Of a stretch of 33,965 nt of DNA, positions 10,001 through 20,282 are shown piece by piece. Where the stretch lies: NCBI GenBank assembly GCA_038087875.1, contig JAXLNO010000474.1:1-33965 (forward strand). Direction: 5' to 3'. This DNA comes from Malacoraja senta. Taxonomy: Eukaryota. Numbering within the stretch: position 1 is the stretch's first letter; every line of letters starts with the position of its first letter. A program made the position numbers and the translations under genes. The notes below the pieces were generated by a model that did not search any database, was not told the origin of the DNA, and saw nothing but the letters and a program-made list of their open reading frames with translations.

Positions 10001-10313
10001 CGGTGGCGCAGCGGTAGAGATGCTGCCTCATGGCGCCGGAGAACCGGGTTCGATCCTGACCTCAGGTGCTGTCTGTGCAGAGTTTGTACTGTACGTTCTC
10101 CCTGTGACCGCGTGGGTTTTCTCCGGGTGCTCTGGTTTCCTCCCACACTCCAAACACGTGCACGTTTGTAGGCCAATTGTGTTGGTAAAGTTGTAAATTG
10201 ACCCGAGTGTGTGTAGGATAGTGTTAGTGTGCGGGGATCGCTGGTCGGCACGGACTCGGTGGGCCGAAGGGCCTGTTTCAGCGTTGTATCTCTAAACTGA
10301 ACTAAACTAAACC
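10001..10313 (+). mobile_element. HE1-like V-SINE
   Basis: A-box TGGCGCAGCGG, B-box GGTTCGATCC, V-domain, (CTAAA)n tail. Confidence 0.9.
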
Positions 10314-10317
10314 TAAT

Positions 10318-10462
10318 GAGGCAGCATCTATGGAGCGAAGGAAATAGGCAACGTTTCAGGCCGAAACCGAAGCTTCGTTCCATAGATGCTGCCTCACCCG
10401 CTGAGTTTCTCCAGCATTATTGTCTACCTTCGATTTTCCAGCATCTGCAGTTCCTTCTCAAA
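10318..10462. mobile_element. Penelope pLTR fragment with inverted partial copy (hairpin)
   Basis: GAGGCAGCATCTATGGAGCGAAG...CTTCGTTCCATAGATGCTGCCTC inverted repeat, continuing into the pLTR 3' end. Confidence 0.8.
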
Positions 10463-10913
10463 CATCAAACCTAGTGAGAATGGCGGTGCTGGCTCGAAGG
10501 GCCGAATGGCCTACTCCTGCACCTATTGTCTATTGTCTATTGTGTCGACCCAAAACGGCACCCATTCCTCCTCTCCAGAGAAGCTGCCTGTCCCGCCGAG
10601 TTACTCCAGCATTTTGTGTCTGTCTTCGGTGTAAACCAGCATCTGCAGTTCCTTTCCGACAGAAGTGATAGGTGGATACAGGTGAGGGAAGGGCAGATGT
10701 TTGGACCAAGGCCAGAGATGCAAAGAAGACCAATGGCTGTGAGATAAGGAGTGAAATGAAGCTGGAGGAAAGGATAGGGCCGAATGGCCTACTCCTGCAC
10801 CTATTGTCTATTGTCTATTGTCTATTGATATAGTTGTCTATTGTTATAGGTGGAAGGGAACGGGGAGGGGAGGGGCGGGGAAATTCGATTCAGGTTCTGT
10901 AGATCAGACAAAG

Positions 10914-11165
10914 TTGAGATGAGGAGGAATTTCTTCAGTCAGAGGGTGGTGAATCTGTGGAATTCTTTGCCGCAGAAGGCTGTGGAGGCCAAGTCAGTGG
11001 ATATATTTAAGGCTGAGATAGATAGATTCTTGACTAGTGCGGGTGTCAGGGGTTATGGGGAGAAGGCAGGAGAATGGGGTTAGAAGGGAGAGATAGATCA
11101 GCCATGATTGAATGGCGGAGTAGACTTGATGGGCCGAATGTCCTAATTCTGCTCCTAGAACTTAT
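10914..11165 (+). mobile_element. CR1 LINE 3' fragment
   Basis: EMRRNFFSQRVVNLWNSLPQKAVEA..GYGEKAGEWG*. Confidence 0.88.
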
Positions 11166-11341
11166 AAACATGTGAAGTTACAGAAATCTCCGTATAAAGC
11201 AAGATATTTTAAAACCAGTTTTGCTTCTGGCCTTAGATTGGAATACAAAAAATAACAACAAAATGCATAATTAATGCCTGTAACAATCTGAAGGAAAAGC
11301 AAGGGTGCCGATATAATCTCCTTTGAAGGTGGTTCGTGTAT

Positions 11342-11647
11342 AGCACAGTGGCTCAGCGGTAGAGTTGCTGCCTCACAGCGCCAGAGACCCGGTTCAATCC
11401 TGACTACGGGTGCTGTCTGCACAGAGTTTGCACCTTCTCCCTGTGACCTGCGTGGGTTTTCTCCTGGTGCTCCGGTTTCCTCCCACACTCCAAACACGTG
11501 CTGGTTAGTAGGTTAATTGGCTTCGGTAAAATTGTAAATTGTCCCTAATGCGTGTAGGATACTGCTAGTGTGCGGAGATCGCTGTTTGGTTTGGACTCAG
11601 TGGGCCGAAGGGCCTGTTTCCACATTGTATCTCCAAGCTAAACTAAA
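11342..11647 (+). mobile_element. HE1-like V-SINE
   Basis: Head, V-domain and tail as in the other copies. Confidence 0.88.
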
Positions 11648-12258
11648 TAGTCAATAGGTGCAGGAGTAGGCCATTCGGTCCTTCAAACCAGCACCGCCAT
11701 TCAATGTGATCATGGCTGATCATCCCCAATCAGTACCCCGTTCCTGCCTTCTCCCCATATCCCCTGACTCCGCTATCTTAAAGAGCCCTATCCAGCTCCC
11801 TCCTGAAAGCATCCAGAGAACCGGCCTCCACTGCCCTCTGAGGCAGAGAATTCCAAAGATCACAACACTCTGTGTGAAAAAGTGTTTCCTCATCAAAAGT
11901 GTTCTAAATGGCTTACCCCTTATTCTTAAACTGTGGCCCCTGCTTCTGGACTCCCCCGACATCGGGAACATGTTTCCTGCCTCTAGCGTGTCCAAACCCT
12001 TAATAATCTTATATGTTTCAATAAGATACCCTCTCATCCTTCTAAACTCCCGAGTATACAAGCCCAGCCGCTCCATTCCCTCAGCATATGACAGTCCCAC
12101 CATCCCGGGAATTAACCTTGTAAACCTACGCTGCACTCCCTCAACAGCAAGAATGTCCTTCCTCAAATTAGGGGACCAAAACTGTACACAATACTCCAGG
12201 TGTGGTCTCACTAGGGCCCTGTACAACTGCAGAAGGACCTCTTTGCTCCTATACTCAA
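11648..12258 (-). mobile_element. CR1 LINE 3' fragment
   Basis: LYRALVRPHLEYCVQFWSP... with frameshifts. Confidence 0.9.
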
Positions 12259-12757
12259 CTCAACTAACCTAGACTAAAATCCAATGACGTACATGTTTTG
12301 TAGGTTAATTGGCTTTGGTAGAAATTGTAAATTGTCCCGAGTGTGTGTGGGATAGTGCTAGTGTACGGGGTGATCGCTGGGCCGAAGGGCCTCTCTGTGT
12401 GCTGTATCTCTAAATTCTCCCTGTTTTGAAGAGCTGAAAAGTCTAGCAGGGTGGAGTCTGAAGAGTTGTAACTAAGGTTCCTGCTATTAGTTGCATTACC
12501 AGGAGGGACTTGCCTTTGAGAAGGTTCACAACTAGGTCAAGTGTAACATACCAGATGTCAACAGAATAAAACACCCTCTAATCCATCTCAATGGAATGTA
12601 AGTTGCCACAATGCACTGATCCACTTTTGTGGTTTCCAGAAGAATGTAACGTAGACAATTCTCCCTTTCATTCCTTTCCGGGCAATTTCCCCCCTCGTTA
12701 TTTATTCCTCTTTCCCCTTCCCGAACTTCCTCTGCGATACCCTTTGTTTTTCCGATT

Positions 12758-13160
12758 CCCACCCCGGTCATTCCTTCTTCTATCCCCGCTCCCGTCCGGC
12801 AGAAGATACACCAGCTTCAGCACTTCACGCTGCCTCGGGAAAGCAGCCGACATCATCAGCGACTTGTCCCTGTCCCGCCCCGGTCGTTCCTTCTTCTCCC
12901 CGCTCCCGTCCGGCAGAAGGTACAGAAGCTTGAAAGCCCCGCACCACCAGACTCAGGAACAGCTTCTTCCCCTCTGTTATCAGGCTTCTGAACGGCCCTT
13001 CCATGAGCTAGGGTACTGTCCGATTCACCTCTACCCCATTGTGGACATTGGACTTTGTCTGTGGAACTGATGCGCTACAATGCTGAGAACTATATTCTGC
13101 ACTCTGTATCTTCCCCTTTGCTCCACCTATTGGACTTGAGTTTGACCTGATTGTACAGCA
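12758..13160 (+). mobile_element. Rex1/Babar LINE 3' fragment with a short duplicated segment
   Basis: TSRCLGKAADII.D....PG.SFFSPLPSGRRYRSLKA..TRLRNSFFPSVIRLLN (Rex1-type terminus); CCCCGCTCCCGTCCGGCAGAAG occurs twice. Confidence 0.8.
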
Positions 13161-13176
13161 TTTTATGAATATCTCT

Positions 13177-14130
13177 AAGGTACACAAAAATGCTGGAGAA
13201 ACTCAGCGGGTGCAGCAGCATCTATGGAGCGAAGGAAATAGGCAACGTTTCGGGCCGAAACCCTTCTTCAGACTGATAGGGGGTGGGGAGAAGAAAGGAA
13301 AAAAGGCGGAGGAGGAGCCCGAGGGCTGGGGGAGGGGAGGAGACAACCAGCAGGCTGATGAAGGGGAGGGGACAGCAAGGGCTAGCAGAATTGGGAGAAT
13401 TCAATGTTCAAGCCCCCAGGATGTAGACTGCCCAAGCGGAATATGAGGTGCATTTCCTCCAATTTCCGGTGTTGCTCGCTGTGGCCATGGAGGAGACCCA
13501 GGACAGAGAGGTCAGATACGGAATGGGAGGGGGAGTTGAAGTGCTGAGCCACCGGGAGGTCAGGTTGGTTATTGCGGACCGACCGGAGGTGTTCGGCGAA
13601 ACGATCGCCAAGCCTCCGCTTGGTCTCACCGATGTAGATCAGCTGACATCTAGAGCAGCGAATGCAATAGATGAGGTTGGAGGAGATGCAGGTGAACCTC
13701 TGTCGCACCTGGAACGACTGCTTAGATCCTTGAATGGAGTCGAGGGGGGAGGTGAAGGGACAAGTGTTGCATCTCTTGCGGTTGCAAGGGAAAGTACCTG
13801 GGGAGGGGGTGGTACGGGAGGGAAGGGAAGAATTGACAAGGGAGTTACGGAGGGAGCGGTCTTTGCGGAAGGCAGACATGGGGGAGATGGGAAGATGTGG
13901 CGAGTGGTGGGGTCACGTTGGAGGTGGCGAAACTGATGGAGGATCACTTGTTGTATGTGACGGCTGGTGGGGTAAAAGGTGAGGACTAGGGGGACTCTGC
14001 CCTTGTTGCGAGTGGGGGGATGGGGAGAGAGAGCAGTGTTGCGGGGTATGGCAGAGACCCTGGTGCGAGCCTCATCTATGGTGGAGGAGGGGAACCCCCG
14101 TTCCCTGAAGAATGAGGACATTTCGGATGC
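13177..14130 (-). mobile_element. Penelope-like retroelement, 5'-truncated (RT thumb/linker, GIY-YIG endonuclease, pLTR)
   Basis: FRERGFP..RVPLVLTFYP, a frameshift, then PCNRKRCNTC..NLIYCIRCSRCQLIYIGETKRRLGDRFAEH..VAQHF..GLN; pLTR with hammerhead motif at 13244-13271. Confidence 0.93.
13244..13271 (-). ncRNA. Minimal hammerhead ribozyme motif (Penelope type)
   Basis: Minus strand CUGAAGA-A-GGGU(UUCG)GCCC-GAAA-CG-UU: conserved core, 4-bp helix II with UUCG loop, palindromic AACGUU in place of helix III. Confidence 0.7.
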
Positions 14131-14159
14131 CCTAAATCTAAACCTAAATCTAGACCCTT

Positions 14160-14466
14160 GGTGGCGCTGCGGTAGGAGTAGCTGCCTCACCGCGCCAGAG
14201 ACCCGGGATCCATCCTGACCACGGGTGCTGTCTGTACGGAGTCTGTACGTTCTCCCCGTGACCTCGTGGGTTTTCTCCAGGTGCTCCGGTTTCCCCCCGC
14301 ATCCCAAACACGTGCGGGTTTGTAGGTTTAATTGGCATTGGGTAGAATTGTAAATTGTCCCTAGTGTGTGTAGGATAGCGCTAGTGTACGGGGTGATCGC
14401 TGGTCGGCGCGGACACGGTGGGCCGCAGGCCCTGTTTCCACGCTGTATCTCTAAACTAAAACTAAA
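14160..14466 (+). mobile_element. HE1-like V-SINE
   Basis: Head, V-domain, (CTAAA)n tail. Confidence 0.88.
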
Positions 14467-14630
14467 TGAATGTTTTCTCTCCTTTGCTGAAGGGCATGGT
14501 TGGTTCTGAGTGCTTCAAATCTCTGTCTTATCCTAAGCACAGTTTAGTTTAGTTTGGAGATACAGCGTGCAAACGGGTCTGGTGGGCTGATGGGCCTGTA
14601 TCCGCGCTGCATAACTGAAGTCTGAAGGCT

Positions 14631-15060
14631 AAGGTAGACAAAAATGCTGGAGAAACTCAGCGGGTTAGGCAGCATCTATGGAGCGATGGAATATTCCTTT
14701 GCTCCATAGATGCTGCCTCACCCGCTGAGTGAGTCCCACCGTAAATTGGAGGAGCAGCACCTTATATTTCGCTTGGGTAGTTTACACCCCAGCGGTATGA
14801 ACATTGACTTCTCCAATTTCTGGTAGTCCCTGCTTTCTCCTTCTTTCCCCTCCCCTTCCCAGATCTCCCACACCCCACTGTCTCCGCCTCTTCCTTTCTT
14901 CTTCCCCCTCCCCCCCACCCCCACATCAGTCTGAAGAAGGGTCTCGACCCGAAACGTCACTTATTTCCTTCACTCCACAGATGCTGCCTCACCCGCTGAG
15001 TTTCTCCAGCATTTTTTGTCTGCCTTTGATTTTTTCCAGCATCTGCAGTTCTTTCTTAAA
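14631..15060 (+). mobile_element. Penelope-like 3' fragment preceded by an inverted pLTR piece
   Basis: 14631-14692 antisense pLTR folding back on 14693-14729; then HRKLEEQHLIFRLGSLHPSGMNIDFSNF and a full pLTR. Confidence 0.85.
14931..14958 (+). ncRNA. Minimal hammerhead ribozyme motif (Penelope type)
   Basis: CUGAAGA-A-GGGU(CUCG)ACCC-GAAA-CG-UC; flanks AGU/ACU can form a 3-bp helix I. Confidence 0.7.
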
Positions 15061-15099
15061 CAAAGTCTAAAGGCTAATAGTCTCAAGGCTGTAAAAGCA

Positions 15100-15101
<2 letters not shown>

Positions 15102-15138
<37 letters not shown>

Positions 15139-15141
15139 CGC
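15102..15141. repeat. (GT)n(GC)n microsatellite
   Basis: 40 bp of uninterrupted purine-pyrimidine alternation. Confidence 0.95.
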
Positions 15142-15163
15142 TGCAGTTTGGTGGCGGTGTTAA

Positions 15164-15484
15164 AGCCCTGTCCCACGGTACGAGTTCATTCCAAGAGCTC
15201 TCCCGAGTTTGCCCTGATTCGAACTCGGAGATTTACGGTAATGGCCGCTCGTCGGTACTCGGGAATCTCGTGGACATTTTTCAACATGTATGAAAAATCT
15301 TCACGAGTCTTCCCGTGCTTACCTGCCGTTAGCGAGTCTTCCCGAGTACCTGCCGTTAGCGCTAAGAGACGTCCCCGAGCTCCGACGTACCCGCTACGTT
15401 CATTCTCCGTGCTTACCACGAGTTTGATTATTTTTTTTTACTCGGGAGAGCTCTTGGAATGAACTCGCACCGTGGGACAGGGCT
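15164..15484. mobile_element. PIF/Harbinger-like MITE B
   Basis: TIR AGCCCTGTCCCACGGTACGAGTTCATTCCAAGAGCTCTCCCGAGT inverted at 15440-15484; related to MITE A; flanks TAA/TTG. Confidence 0.8.
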
Positions 15485-15860
15485 TTGACGGTCTCAAAGC
15501 ATTATTTATAGGTTGTCTGGCTGCCAACAGAAATAATGCATTGCCTGAGAGAAGGTGCTGCCTTTCTGGCCGTGACACAACATAAATTTATTTCCTCCAC
15601 GAACCTTATCAGGGGAATCCGTATTCCAACTGCAGAATGGGAATTCTAAATCCGGCCCGGTTGACTTTGGCCGTGAATGGTATCAGTGCGTAACACCCAC
15701 GATACGCACAATTAATTCTGGTGATTATTCAGACAGTGCTTTCACAGCTGAAGCTGAAGAAGGAATCTCGACCCGAAACGTCACCCTTTCCTTCTCTCCA
15801 GAGATGCTGCCTGTCCCGCTCAGCTACGCCAGCATTTTGTGTCTATCCTAAGTGAACTCA

Positions 15861-16577
15861 AGCCCCTGTCCCACTTTCACCACCTAATTGGCGGCCTCTG
15901 CCGAGTTTGCCCTTGACGCATACTCGCGTCGTGGTCGCCACGAGGTCGTAGGAGGTCTTCGTAACTCTTCCTCATGCTCGTGAGTGGTCTCCGCGTACTC
16001 GTGGCCTCAAGTAGGTCGCGGCGTTTTTTCCAGCCCGATAAAAAAATGTCCACGAGTAAAATAAAAGGTCGGTATCGAAAAAATTGATATTTTTTTACTC
16101 GTAGGTAGGTCGTAGATAGGTCGTGATGGTAGTCGTGGGTAGTCGTAGATCGGTAACTGGCCCGAGAAAAAAATGCAAACATGAAATCATTTAATCATTT
16201 TCATGATCATTTTCCACTCGTAGCTAGTCGTAGTTGGAATAGGTGTGGAAGACTGAGGTCGAGGGGGGTCGTAGGAAGGTCGTAGACATAATCGTAGGAG
16301 GTCGTAGACATAGTCGTAGGAGGTCGTAGACATAGTCGTAGGAGGTCGTAGACATAGTCGTAGGAGGTCGTAGACATAGTCGTAGGAGGTCGTAGACATA
16401 GTCGTAGGAGGTCGTAGACATAGTCGTAGGAGGTCGTAGACATAGTCGTAGGAGGTCGTAGACATAGTCGTAGGAGGTCTTTTACTTCGGCGAGTCAACA
16501 CGACCTTGACATTTTTTTCATCTCGTCTAGGGTCTTCTAACCTCGTGGATTAGGTGGTCCAAGTGGGACAGGCCGCT
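15861..16577. mobile_element. PIF/Harbinger-like MITE C with internal minisatellite
   Basis: AGCCCCTGTCCCACTT...AAGTGGGACAGGCCGCT with a perfect 3-bp TSD TCA (15858-15860, 16578-16580). Confidence 0.8.
16279..16476 (+). repeat. 22-bp minisatellite, 9 copies
   Basis: (GTCGTAGACATAGTCGTAGGAG)9; one substitution in the first copy. Confidence 0.95.
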
Positions 16578-16668
16578 TCAGTTATCTTGGTTAACACAGA
16601 TTAATGAACTAAGATTACTTAATGGTATGAACATTGAATCCTCCAATTTCCGGTGACATAAGCACACA

Positions 16669-16980
16669 GGGGGCGGCACGGTGGCGCAGCGGTAGCGCCA
16701 GAGACCCGGGTCCAATCCAGAGACCCGGGTTCGATCCCGACTACGGGTGCTGTCTGTACGGAGCTTGTACCTTCTCCCCGTGACCGCGTGGGGTTTCTCC
16801 GGGTGTTCCGGTTTCCTCCCACACCTCAAAGACATACAGTTTGTAGGTTAATTGGCTTTGGTAAAAGCTGTAATTTGTCCGCAGTGTGTAGGATAGTGCA
16901 AGTGTACTGGGGGATGGCTGGTCGGCGCGGACTCTGTGGGCAGAAACGTCTGTTTCCGGGCTGTATCTCCAAAGTGTAAA
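16669..16980 (+). mobile_element. HE1-like V-SINE with duplicated B-box segment
   Basis: CCAGAGACCCGGGT occurs twice in the head; V-domain follows. Confidence 0.85.
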
Positions 16981-17169
16981 ATCAATGCCTATAATTGTGA
17001 TTATCTATGGTATGGTATTACTGGATTGTATAGAAAACAAAAGAATCTCACTGCATCTAGGTACAGGTGACCATACAATATCATTGTATCATTATTGACT
17101 CATTGAATGGAAACATTGAACTGTGGAAGTCCTAAATGAATCCTATGTTAACATACATTTTACAATAAA

Positions 17170-17788
17170 AGACATAAAAAGCTGGAGTAACTCAGCGGGT
17201 CAGGCAGCATCTGTGGAGAACGTGGATAGGTGACGTTTCACAGAGTGCTGGAGTAACTCAGCGGGTCAGGCAGCATCTGTGGAGAACATGGATAGGTGAC
17301 GTTTCACAGAGTGCTGGAGTAACTCAGCGGGTCAGGCAGCATCTCTGGAGCGAAGGAAATGGGCAACCTTTTGGGCCGAAACCCTGAAGGAAATAGGCAA
17401 CGTTTCGGGCCAAAACCCGGAAGGGTTTCGGGCCGAAACGTTGCCTATTTCCTTCGCTCCATAGATGCTGCCGGAACATGGCTAGGTGACGTTTCACAGA
17501 GTGCTGGAGTAACTCAGCGGGTCAGGCAGCATCTCTGGAGAACGTGAATAGGTGACAATTTGGGTTGGGACCCAATTTCAGACTACATGCAGATACAGGA
17601 TGTCATCTGAAAAAGGGTCCCAACCCAACACAGCCCCTATCCATGTTCTCCACAGATGCTGCCTGACCCGCAGAGTTACTCCAGCACTCTGTGAAACGTC
17701 ACCTATCCATGTTCTCCACACATGCTGCCTGACCCGCTGAGTTACTCCAGCACTCTGTATCTTTTATAGTACACCAGCATCTGCAGTT
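17170..17788. repeat. Second Penelope-pLTR-derived composite (66-bp units + same foldback + inverted copy)
   Basis: Units at about 17224, 17290 and 17480; foldback 17350-17472 nearly identical to 5641-5763; opposite-strand units at about 17636-17757. Confidence 0.85.
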
Positions 17789-18437
17789 GTAGGTTTGTAG
17801 ATTAATTGGCCTATGTATATTGTGTATTGTCCCTAGTGGGTCGGATCGTGCTAGTGTACGGGGTGAATGCTGCTCGGTGCGGACTCGGTGGGCCGAAGGG
17901 CCTGTTTCCACGCTGTATCTGTGAAGTCTAAAGCATTGTGTTCTCACCAGACTAACTACATCCTGTGATTCACCGACAGTTGTGAAACGCACTCAGACGC
18001 AGAGCGACCCCTTGTTCCCGCAGAAGTCATTTGCCTGGTGCGTCCGAGTCAGTCATTCTTTGTCAGTTTTCAGGACAATGGCAGGAACCAGGGGAAAGTC
18101 ACAACTCCCTGTCTAATGTCAAAGCAACGTGTTCTACCTCTACCTCTGGGCTGAACTGAGGGCTGAGAGGCACGATGTTGGTATCAGGGGATTGCAGCTT
18201 ACCACAACACAGCCTAATTATTACTGGATGTATCGCGGGGACTCGCAGGAGTCCTGCCAAGAATCCGTCGGAACACAAGTCGTGTGAACGAGACGTATTT
18301 ATTATATTACAGTGCTGCTCCCTACTCATACTCCCTAGGAGCAAAGAGGTCCTTCTGCAGTTGTACAGGGCCCTAGTGAGACCACACCTGGAGTATTGTG
18401 TGCAGTTTTGGTCCCCTAATTTGAGGAAGGACATTCT

Positions 18438-19135
18438 AAGATAAGATAAGACTTTATTAATCCCCTTATTCAGGAGAAATTCAGATGTCCTTGCAGCACA
18501 CTAATAAAATACAACATAGTGTTCAAAAAGAAGTTCAACACAAAAACATCCCCCCACAATGGTTCCCACTGTGGGGGAAGGCACAAAGTCCAGTCCCCAT
18601 CCTTTTGTCCACCCAGAGTCGGGCCCACTGAGGCCTCCACAGTCCCGCCACGGCGCCCGATATTCTCGCCCAGGCTCCGAGATGTAACGTTCAGCGTCGC
18701 AGCTGGGCCGCTCCACAGAACCGCGGATCCACGATGTTCCCATCGGCGGTCCCAGCATACTGGAGTCCCAGCGCGGCGACCCAGGAAAGGCATCGCCCGC
18801 TCCACGACAGCGCTCCAGCGCTGCACCGCCGCCAAAGCCGATGTTCTGCGCCGCCGCCAAAGCCGGTGTTCTGGCCAGGTTCCCTCAGGGAAACGCCGCT
18901 CCAGGACCCGCTGGTAGGCCGCAAGGACAGGTCGAAGGCGCTGCTCGGAGGAAGGCAACCCCTCCGACCAGGTAGGGACTCGAAAAACAGTTTCCCCCTT
19001 CCCCCCCGCCACCCCCCACACATAAAAAGATTAGGCCCCCTGACTACACACTAAACGTACCAAAAATAATAAAAAAAGAAGGGAAAAAGACGGACAGCTG
19101 CAGGACAGGCAGCCGTTCAGGACAGCGCCTCCTCC
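18438..19135 (-). mobile_element. Non-autonomous Rex1/Babar-like retroposon nested in CR1
   Basis: Minus strand ends GAATTTCTCCTGAATAAGGGGATTAATAAAG(TCTTA)n; GC-rich body; 5' region homologous to 1535-1885. Confidence 0.6.
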
Positions 19136-19371
19136 GGTATTGAGGGAGTGCAGCGTAGGTTTACAAGGTTAATTCCCGGGATGGCGGGACTGTCATATGC
19201 TGAGAGAATGGAGCAACTGGGTTTGTGCACTCTGGAGGTTAGAAGGATGAGAGGGGATCTCATTGAAACATATAAGATTGTTAAGGGTTTGGACACGCTA
19301 GAGGCAGGAAACATGTTCCCGATATTGGGAGAGAGCAGAACCAGGGGCCACAGTTTAAGAATAAGGAGTTA

Positions 19372-19779
19372 AGGGCCTGTCCCACTTGTCATGCTTACCA
19401 ATCAGCTGGGCAGGAGGCGGACTGACTGAATTTGGGCGTCGCACGACGTCGGGCGGTGACGTCATCACGCAACGCCACGCCGGGCGGTGACGTCATTGCG
19501 CAACGCCAAGTGCTAGGCGTACGCCGTCAAGACGCTGAGTACGTCGACAAGACGCTGCGGACGACCGTAATGCGCCTGCGTGCCGACAGGCCTTTGGCGC
19601 GCGAAGATTTCGGTCACTGCAAGAATTCCGGAGCCCCGCGCGATGTCGGGACCAGCCCCGCACAACTCCACGCTTCTAAGTGGGACCGGCACCGCGCGGC
19701 CATACGGTGCCCGTACGCCTCAAGCGACCACGAGGTCGCGTAATTTGCGAGCCAAGGTCGCGTAAGTGTGACAGGCCCT
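19372..19779. mobile_element. PIF/Harbinger-like MITE D nested in CR1
   Basis: AGGGCCTGTCCCACTT...AAGTGTGACAGGCCCT interrupts the CR1 sequence GGAG-TAA-GCC; flanks TTA/TAA. Confidence 0.82.
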
Positions 19780-20282
19780 TAAGCCATTTAGAACGGAGAC
19801 GAGGAAACACTGTTTCTCACAGAGAATGGTGAGTCTGTGGAATTCTCTGCCTCAGAGGGCGGTGGAGGCAGGTTCTCTGGATACTTTCAAGAGAGAGCTA
19901 GATAGGGCTCTTAAAAATAGTGGAGTCAGGGGATATGGGGAGAAGGCAGGAATGGGGTACTGATTGGGGATGATCAGCCATGATCACATTGAATGGTGGT
20001 GCTGGCTCGAAGGGCCAAATGGCCTACTCCTGCACCTATTGTCTATTGTCTATTGTCTGTTGTCCTCAAATGGGCACGGGCGTTGCCCGACCTTAAATTC
20101 CCCCAAGGGTCAACCCCGTGACCTGCGCCTCCCACACCGAGACACCCAACCCTTCCCTCCTGAGCCGAGGGTTTGCTCTGCCCGTAGCCTACCACCAGGT
20201 GCCGCCACAGATGTTCAGTATTGGGCAAGGCTAAAGTGGAAACTATAACTGCTTCTGGATAGCATTTGCACGGAATTGCTCA

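Larger units (their letters stand above)
18336..20057 (+). mobile_element. CR1 LINE 3' fragment hosting two nested insertions
   Basis: Pieces 18336-18437, 19138-19371 and 19780-20057 rejoin into a collinear RT C-terminus + (TCTATTG)n tail. Confidence 0.9.

Noticed and set aside
16187..16501. Repetitive ORFs or CRISPR-like look of the 22-bp array
   Set aside because: Head-to-tail identical units with no spacers and no cas genes, in a vertebrate intron; the ORFs arise from a unit that is stop-free on the minus strand.
17930..18335. Unique stretch as an additional exon
   Set aside because: Flanking WWC exons already join in frame with no gap in the family alignment, and I found no convincing splice pair; a non-coding function is not excluded.
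18470..19054. Overlapping 106-183 aa ORFs on both strands
   Set aside because: GC-rich retroposon body with few stops; no recognisable domain.
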